From Planctomycetota bacterium (GTDB taxonomy: Bacteria; Planctomycetota; UBA1135; UBA2386), in assembly GCA_031423015.1 (NCBI GenBank), contig JANPER010000176.1, positions 4,759 through 68,758 on the forward strand: 64,000 nt of DNA. The letters are read 5' to 3'. Positions within the stretch are counted from its first letter, which is position 1; every line of letters starts with the position of its first letter. Of this stretch, positions 59,001-64,000 are shown in pieces. A model generated the notes under the pieces. The model made no database searches. It was not told the origin of the DNA and saw only the letters and a list, made by a program, of their open reading frames with translations. A program made the position numbers and the translations under genes.

Positions 59001-60834
59001 TCTTGGCGATCAACGCCACGTCGGTCACCAGCAGCATCGTGGTTGCTTCGAGTTCGCCTTCGTCGACCTTCACCACGTAGGCGCCGGCTTCCTTGAAGCC
59101 GATGTCGACCTCGCGCTCGCTCTGCCGGTGCTGCTTGTAGTCGGGGGTGACCGACTCGAAGGTCTTGTCGGCCTCGATCACCTCGATGTCGAGCCCTTCG
59201 ACGTTGCCCGCACCGTGCGTGGCGCGGAAGTAGGTCTCCATGTCGAGGCGGAATACGCGCACGCGCAGCTTCTCGATGTTGCGCGTCACCGCCTTGAAGG
59301 TCGCGGTCTCGCCGGTGCGATACGTGCGCGTCGTGGCCAGCTCGAGGTGCTTGCGCTCGAGGCGCGCGATGCGCTCCTGCGCCCGCGCCGCGTGGCTGCC
59401 CCACGTGACCTTGCGGTACGCGGTGAGCGCTTCGAGGTAGTTGAACAGCTCGCCCTCGAAGATCTCGCCGACGCGGAACTGCGCGTGCGCCGACGCCTCC
59501 TTGCCCGGGTACTTGCGCACGCAGCGCTCGAACGCGGTGACAGCGTCGGTCAACTTCTTCTCGCGCGCCAGCATCTCGCCGAACAGCCGCAGCGCCTCGG
59601 GGTTGCGCTCGTCGAGCGGATAGGCGCGCATGAACTCGTCGAGCCGGGCGCGCGCGTCGTCGAACTTCTGGTCGTCGGCGGCGCGCAAGAACGCCGCCAT
59701 CGCCATCCCCCACTCGGTGTCCACGATCGCGCGCTGCACGCGTTCCCAGTCCTGATGCGCCGGATGCGCCCCGAGATAGTCCTGCCAGGCGACCAGCGCC
59801 TCGCTCAGCTTGCCCTGCGCCGCCAAGACGTCGCCGATGGTGGCGCGCGCGCTGGCGAGTTCGGGCAGGTCATCGTCGGCGTGCTCGGCGACGAAGCGGC
59901 GATACTCGACGAGTGCTGCATCGCTGCGACCGGCGTGTTGCAGACACTGCGCCACCAGGTAGCGCGCGACCTTGGCTTTGCTGTGCGCGGGGTAGGCGCT
60001 GGCGAACGCGGTCAGCGCCGCGACCGCGCGATCGACCTCGGCGGCGTTGGGCTGCGGCACACCGAACGCGAGCGCGGTCTGGTAGGCCGCTTCGCTGGCC
60101 TCGTCGCTGGCCTTGGCCATGACGATCAGGTCGGCGAACACGGCGCGGGCGCCGGCGCGATCGCCGGCCGAGGCCTTGGCCCGCCCGAGCAAGAGCAGCG
60201 CCTTCAGCTTGCCGCTTGGGACGTCGAGTTCGGCCACCAACGGTTGCAGGCGCTCGATCGCGTTGCCCACGTTGCCCTCCAGCAGCCTCGCCTCGGCCGC
60301 GGCGAGGCGGGTCGCGCGCGCCTTCTGCGCCGACAAGCCGAGGTCGAGTGCCAGGTCGTAGAAGGTGACCGCCCGCCCCCACTCCGGCTTCTCGCCGTGC
60401 GACGCCTTCTCCGCCAACCCCAAGTAGGTCTCCGCCACCTCTTCTTTGCGCTGATCGCTGATCAGGCGCTCGACCTCGTCGCGGTAGATCGCCGCCGCGT
60501 CGCGCTGGTTGCCACTGCTCGACAGCGCGTCCGCTAGCTGAAAGCGCGCCTTGGCGCGCAGGTGCGAGGCCGGATGCTCTTCGAGCAAGCGGCGGTAGGT
60601 CGCCACCGCCGCCGGCCCGTCGCCCGCGAGCTGCTGCGCCCGCGCCAGCAGGAGGAGCACGCGTTCCTTTTCCTGTGGCTGGGCCTCGCCGACCGCCTGG
60701 CGCAGCTCGACGACGGCGTCTTGGTAGCGGCGCTGGATCAGCGCATCTTCACCGCGGCGCAGCGCATCGCCGATGACAGCGGCGATCAGAGACAAACAGA
60801 GGACGACGACAATCGACTTGGTGACACGCTGCAT
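53089..60834 (-). CDS. Giant TPR / alpha-2-macroglobulin (MG2) family protein
   Basis: YLFTDRPAYQPGQ, LAVVDEALL, PRTDFSETGAW, LPDSTTAWR, VVEEPIPAG; TPR arrays at both ends. Confidence 0.9.
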   Translation of the reverse strand: MQRVTKSIVVVLCLSLIAAVIGDALRRGEDALIQRRYQDAVVELRQAVGEAQPQEKERVLLLLARAQQLAGDGPAAVATYRRLLEEHPASHLRAKARFQLADALSSSGNQRDAAAIYRDEVERLISDQRKEEVAETYLGLAEKASHGEKPEWGRAVTFYDLALDLGLSAQKARATRLAAAEARLLEGNVGNAIERLQPLVAELDVPSGKLKALLLLGRAKASAGDRAGARAVFADLIVMAKASDEASEAAYQTALAFGVPQPNAAEVDRAVAALTAFASAYPAHSKAKVARYLVAQCLQHAGRSDAALVEYRRFVAEHADDDLPELASARATIGDVLAAQGKLSEALVAWQDYLGAHPAHQDWERVQRAIVDTEWGMAMAAFLRAADDQKFDDARARLDEFMRAYPLDERNPEALRLFGEMLAREKKLTDAVTAFERCVRKYPGKEASAHAQFRVGEIFEGELFNYLEALTAYRKVTWGSHAARAQERIARLERKHLELATTRTYRTGETATFKAVTRNIEKLRVRVFRLDMETYFRATHGAGNVEGLDIEVIEADKTFESVTPDYKQHRQSEREVDIGFKEAGAYVVKVDEGELEATTMLLVTDVALIAKTSRHELFVFTQNLKENRVEGGVKVVVSDGTKVVTEGVTGKDGVYRFRGEALKDTAQLRVFAVSAGGSGAGLLALNGLGYSTGLQPVGYLFTDRPAYQPGQVAHVKGIVREVKDGLYALPADSYRVQAFSAGGRLVLQRDIAFTPFGSFAIDVPLPPEAELGEWRVAIDRGAGDAFAATFTVARYERPKLQMVGEPAAAVVYRGELLKGRFVVSHFFGEPARGKVVRYALQMPGGVTVEREGTTNALGEVEFAFDTKDFAEEAMAVITASVAEENVQAVCAVPIATTEFVPTLTTMRGVYLAGETFQAAIELLDRAGKPLGKQGTAVLLRRERKGGTVAEVELLRQAFTTEAKSGRAEVQFVAQKGGDHVVRVEAQDRFGVLVTGQLGLVISGEEDAVKLRLLSDRETYKVGETVTVKVMNRAGARLALETVQGDGILAYRALSLPAGESTLTLKLGAMHAPNFALALAVIADQKLLGAEREFKVERDLQVTLSVPAAAKPGSSVSVQVEVRDAEGQPVVGEVALAVVDEALLAIHADQTPAMAQVFFGKRRETAFRTVSSCEWSYRGQAQAVSAELAAEERRVLRELDRSAALPMLADLEVLDGVESAFQSTTWNTAVGLGGSAGEKFGGRQGGRAKLGRKDAAGQITGSDDFYVGGQLFDKKRLTFDLGAGGWDDNLLYQGGGVAPDRPRTDFSETGAWLSAIVTGSDGKAKVDVPLPDSTTAWRLVARAVTVATDVGEARGAVKTSKELQASVLAPLSLTQGDKIELRVRVHNLGDTARDARVTLATGADQPGDTQAVPLPAHAEAEVAVSFDAAVAAAFDLRALVEAGELRDEMVQPLVVLPYGREVRTGKSGSTSEATRFKLALPTGDDYVQRALTLAIGPDLGRDLVAAALGLGYEPLSCRRVDLTNLALASRGLSALLVLDWLEKSGGATPNDIARLRGQASANLARLLALQRKDGAYGWVKQAEADVRTTSQALLFASHARKRGLVGAGELADKASEWLLAQLRTTRERPRTLLALAAAGRARFEDLNALHRERAALSLDALARLALAWHLAGRQTLAQELGDALRGKLSPLPGANDAATVESIALGAVALLAIDAKDRVAAASLTWLDAQRVGVTFGSAEATVAALWASTASGGRAASAASEGEISVLVNGRELAKVPATARTDRSTFNVPAEWLAASNEVEIKVAGRALVHYQVTLTGFAKGFPEVARSSELVRIERQYLAPFRRFDGKIVSPGFGVVNGTYQSFENKVSRTELGQAIRVRTRFWVPHESNRALISPLVVEEPIPAGCSVSRESIRGSFDHVEVEPDRLTFYYREGNTGDSVTYDLEARFVGDFGVLPTQVYGALRPDLMALGQPQQLTVDRRGEGKAQAYRETPDELYHIGKALFDQGELPAAGLRLRALLDEWQKEKVQLRDDVRKDVARMLLFVAIASKDATNTVRFFEELKDRYADLVIPFDKIVAVGQAYVDLGEFERALMVFRAAAESSFLKDAAVATTLEGLGEVNASVRFLQRLLGAYPDLNLIRTGLYSVAQRQADLAAKLQPGAVIDPRVGSARDLRAAALSALREFLVLYPDDPLAEEVAFAWATTFLEAKDLAAALAVAEQALACYPGSVLTDEFLYTAGYAQFALGKPEAAFAILKRVAEETFPQPSGARGPSENRDHAVYLQGQIHHALGQPELALAAYDKVKDKFSDAVEATDYFVRKRLSLPEVTTVSLADPVKMEVQFRNIDKVAVTVYRVDLMRLYLLEKSLNDIRGVQLHGIRPYAELTLELGDGRDYKQQTKSLPLDLKDPGAYLVVLRGGDLLATGMLLRSDLRIEVQEALDVGRIRVNVKANDGVVSDAHVKVIGAGDQRFRSGESDLRGVFIAEDLVGQATVIVKKGDSYAFHRGTGVHQPARVQPAQQVQVQLEGKPGDSKDKAYKKFDALDNNIRFNEVNRAQQVQWLQNEVMNKQQKGVEVYRTK

Positions 60835-61359
60835 TGCAATCTCGCTCGACAGTGAACCTATCGACATGCCAGGGGGCCGGGGCGAACGGTCCTAACACGT
60901 CAAGGGTTCCATGCGGAGTGAGAAAGAGCGGTCACGAGCCCGTCACGCGCCAGCGCCCCCGGCACCCGTTCGAGGTAGGAGAGGAGCAGCCTATAGAGTG
61001 CTGCCCGACTCATCGGTCGCTCGGACCGCTTGTCGCCTCGTGCTGCAGCTCGCGCTCGGAAGAGCGGCCCTCCCGTGAGCCCAGCGACCTTCAAGTCGGC
61101 GCGGATGGCTTCTGCAGCGACGAAGTTCATGCCAATGGGCCGGTTCGCGTTCCCGCGGCCCTTCTCTTGAATCGCACCTTCCCCGACAGCGCCAAGATCA
61201 AAACGCAGCTGACACCGCTTCGTGGCCAACCCGGCCCGCTGCACGGAACAGCCTCAGTACGAGACCGCCGTCACGTCAGCCCGAGCCCCCAACGAGCCGA
61301 TGTAGGGAGCAACTCGCCGCGCCGTCGGCGTTCCGTCCACCGCAGTCAGGACCCTACAG

Positions 61360-62733
61360 GTGAAGGTTCTCGTCGCCGATCCCGACCCCAGCACCGCCGA
61401 CGCTCTGCGCTCGGTGCTTGGCGATCACCTCGCGGTGCTGAGGAGTGTCGACGGCCCGCGTGCGCTGCAGGCCATCCACGACGACGACGAGATCGGCGTG
61501 CTGCTGGCGGAGACCCGGCTGGCCGGCCTGTCCGGCATCGAGCTGCTGCGGCGCAGCCGCGCGTTGCGGCCCGACTTGCAGGTCGTGCTGCTGACCGCGT
61601 TCGGCACCGTCGAAGACGCGGTCGAAGCGATGCGGGAGGGCGCCGCCGACTTCAAGAGCAAGCCGTTCGAGCCGGACGAGATCTGCCTCAGCATCGAGCG
61701 CGCGCTCGAACGCCGACAGCTGGTGCGCGAGAATCACGACCTGCGCGCCGCCCTCGACGACCGCCTGCGCATCGACAATATGGTCGCCACCGACGCGCGC
61801 ATGCAGGAGATCTTCAAGGTGGTCAAGACGGTGTCGCAGGCGCGCACCACCGTGCTCATCACCGGTGAGTCGGGCACCGGCAAGACGCTGCTGGCGCGCG
61901 CGATCCACAACCTGTCAGACCGGCGCGGCGCACCGTTCGTCGAGGTCAACTGCGGCGCACTGCCGGAAGGCCTGATCGAGTCCGAGCTGTTCGGCCACGT
62001 CAAAGGCGCGTTCACCGGCGCGGTGAAGGATCGGCCGGGCAAGTTCGAAGCCGCGCACGGCGGCACGATCTTTCTGGACGAGATCGGCACCTCGTCGCCG
62101 GGGTTCCAGGTGCGCCTGCTGCGCGTCCTGCAGGACCGCACGTTGGAGCGCGTCGGCGACAGCACCACGCTGCCGGTCGACGTGCGCGTGATCCTCGCCA
62201 CCAACATCGACCTCGAGCGCGCCGTGCGCGAGCGCACCTTCCGCGAGGACCTCTACTACCGCATCCACGTGGTCACGCTCGAGATGCCGCCGCTGCGCGC
62301 GCGCAAGGCCGATGTCCCGTTCCTGGTCGAACATTTCTTGCAGCGCTTCGGCGCCGACGCCGGCAAGCCGGCCAAGTCGGTGGATCGAGCCGCGATGGAT
62401 GTCCTGGTGCACTATCCGTGGCCGGGCAACGTGCGCCAGCTCGAGAACGTGATCGAGCGGGCCGTCGTGCTGGGTGCCGGCGAAGTGATTTCCGTGGCCG
62501 ACTTGCCAACCACTTTGCAGACGGCGTCGAAGAGCGCCGTCGCGCACGACGACGACCTCGTGCCAGCCGATGTGCATCTGCAACCCTTGCGCAAGGCTCT
62601 GGAGGCCCCGGAACGTCGCATCCTCGAACGTGCCCTGCAGCACCACGGCGGCAACCGCGAGGCCACCGCCCGCGCGCTCGAGATCAACCGCAGCACGTTG
62701 TTCAACAAGCTGCGCAAGTTCGGTATCAAGTGA
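61360..62733 (+). CDS. Sigma-54-dependent NtrC-family regulator
   Basis: GESGTGKT, ESELFGH, GAFTGA, FREDLYYR, WPGNVRQLEN, Fis HTH. Confidence 0.95.
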   Translation: MKVLVADPDPSTADALRSVLGDHLAVLRSVDGPRALQAIHDDDEIGVLLAETRLAGLSGIELLRRSRALRPDLQVVLLTAFGTVEDAVEAMREGAADFKSKPFEPDEICLSIERALERRQLVRENHDLRAALDDRLRIDNMVATDARMQEIFKVVKTVSQARTTVLITGESGTGKTLLARAIHNLSDRRGAPFVEVNCGALPEGLIESELFGHVKGAFTGAVKDRPGKFEAAHGGTIFLDEIGTSSPGFQVRLLRVLQDRTLERVGDSTTLPVDVRVILATNIDLERAVRERTFREDLYYRIHVVTLEMPPLRARKADVPFLVEHFLQRFGADAGKPAKSVDRAAMDVLVHYPWPGNVRQLENVIERAVVLGAGEVISVADLPTTLQTASKSAVAHDDDLVPADVHLQPLRKALEAPERRILERALQHHGGNREATARALEINRSTLFNKLRKFGIK

Positions 62734-62880
62734 ACACGCGCGTTGCCGGCGTGAGCCACACACTCGCTGCGCTTGCGCGGCACCTCGAGCCCGCACACTC
62801 GAGGGCCGACCAGGCTGCGCGCCAGTGAAAGCCACGGCATACGAACGCGCCCCTCCTTCAGCTATAACGACAACATCTCG

Positions 62881-64000
62881 ATGCTGCGCCGTACGCTGAT
62901 CCTGTTCATCGGCTTTGTGCTGTTGGTGCTGGCCGTGACAGTCGGCTACGCCATGTTGGGCCTGTCCGGCCCACGCACGGCCGTGGCTGACGCCGATCGC
63001 GCGATCGGTGTCGACAAGCTGGCCGAGGCGGTGCGCCTGTTGGACATCGCCGAGCGCACGCTGACCGCCAAAGAACAAAACGAGTTGCTGCCAGAGATCC
63101 TGCGCCGGCGCTACGTGGCGCACCGGAAACTCGGCAACGTGCCGGCGGCGCGCCGCGACGTCGAGACGCTCATGCAACTGACGCGCGGCGCGGATGACAA
63201 GACGCTCGCCGTCGATCACCTGGAGATCTTGCTCGAAGCCGACGAACCGGAGTCAGCTCTGGCCGGTGCCACGACTGCACTCGACACCGCCGGTGATGCG
63301 GAGCGGCCACGCCTGCAAGAGATCGCCGGGCTAGCCCACCAGGCGATGTACCAGCGCGCCATCAAGCAGATGAGGCTGACCCTGGAGCAGGCGCTGGCGC
63401 CGCAGGCACAAAGCCGTGCGGTCGCGGCACTCAAGACCCTGCTCTACCGGCCGCGCGACGACCAGGTAGCGCAGCGCGCCGAGATTCATCTGCGCGAGAT
63501 TCTGCGCCACGAAGCCGCGGCGCCGGTGAGCTTCGACGCGTTTCTAACCAAGATCGGCGACGTGCGTTCGGGCATCGAGCAGGCCATGGCCCTGTTTCGG
63601 CAGTGCCTCGAGAGTGAGTACGCCGAACCTGAGGCGGCATTCCGCGGTCTGACGTTCGCGCTCGAGCAGGGCGGCTACGTCGACGAAAAGCGCGCGATCG
63701 AGGACCTGTTCTTGCGGCGCTTCGATCACGGCGCCACCGTGCTCGCCGCGATCTCGACCACCGAGGCCCACTTTGCTGCGGGCCGCTTCGCTGAGGCTAC
63801 ACAAGTCGCGCAGCGCTTCATGCCGCTCGGCAGCGCGCTGGAGCGTGCCGAGCAAGGGCGCTTGCTGCCAGAAGCCAAGCGCCTCATGGTCACGCACGCG
63901 CGCGCCCTCGATGCGTTGGGTGACCAGGCGAGCCTGTCTCGTCTGCTGGCTGATGCGCAGGCCGTGCAGGGCTCCGGGTTGCTCTCGATGGCTCCGGAGC
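62881..64000 (+). CDS. Membrane-anchored helical/TPR-like protein, runs off right edge
   Basis: Manual translation from ATG 62881: MLRRTLILFIGFVLLVLAVTVGY, open to the window end. Confidence 0.7.
   Translation, partial: MLRRTLILFIGFVLLVLAVTVGYAMLGLSGPRTAVADADRAIGVDKLAEAVRLLDIAERTLTAKEQNELLPEILRRRYVAHRKLGNVPAARRDVETLMQLTRGADDKTLAVDHLEILLEADEPESALAGATTALDTAGDAERPRLQEIAGLAHQAMYQRAIKQMRLTLEQALAPQAQSRAVAALKTLLYRPRDDQVAQRAEIHLREILRHEAAAPVSFDAFLTKIGDVRSGIEQAMALFRQCLESEYAEPEAAFRGLTFALEQGGYVDEKRAIEDLFLRRFDHGATVLAAISTTEAHFAAGRFAEATQVAQRFMPLGSALERAEQGRLLPEAKRLMVTHARALDALGDQASLSRLLADAQAVQGSGLLSMAPE

Noticed and set aside
1-64000. Genetic code with TGA reassigned to Trp or Gly
   Set aside because: TGA ends rnc, mfd, def, fliC and others normally; in-frame TGAs occur only at redox Cys positions

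Overview
High-GC bacterial DNA whose gene repertoire suggests Planctomycetota (inference from ECF sigma factors with long C-terminal extensions, a prenyltransferase-repeat protein and many secreted proteins sharing a C-terminal domain). A housekeeping backbone (rnc-mfd-SurA-like, rpsT, def-ribF, flagellin, tRNA-Phe) is interrupted by two decaying accessory patches (about 3.7-9.1 kb and 44.4-49 kb) rich in toxin-antitoxin genes and pseudogenes. Main observations: (1) three intact genes and one truncated duplicate have an in-frame TGA at a redox-cysteine position (probable selenoproteins, split by the ORF caller); (2) a translationally coupled four-gene unit (unknown protein, two BrxD/DUF2791-like ATPases, Lhr-like helicase) resembles but does not match Shango or BREX-2; (3) a 145-179 bp palindromic element occurs twice, once inserted in frame in a gene; (4) a 35-aa motif is shared between a membrane-anchored prenyltransferase-repeat protein and the presumed bait region of a giant alpha-2-macroglobulin; (5) five secreted proteins share a C-terminal domain; (6) LigD has a degenerate ligase active site. 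All family calls come from motif recognition by eye; no database search was run.
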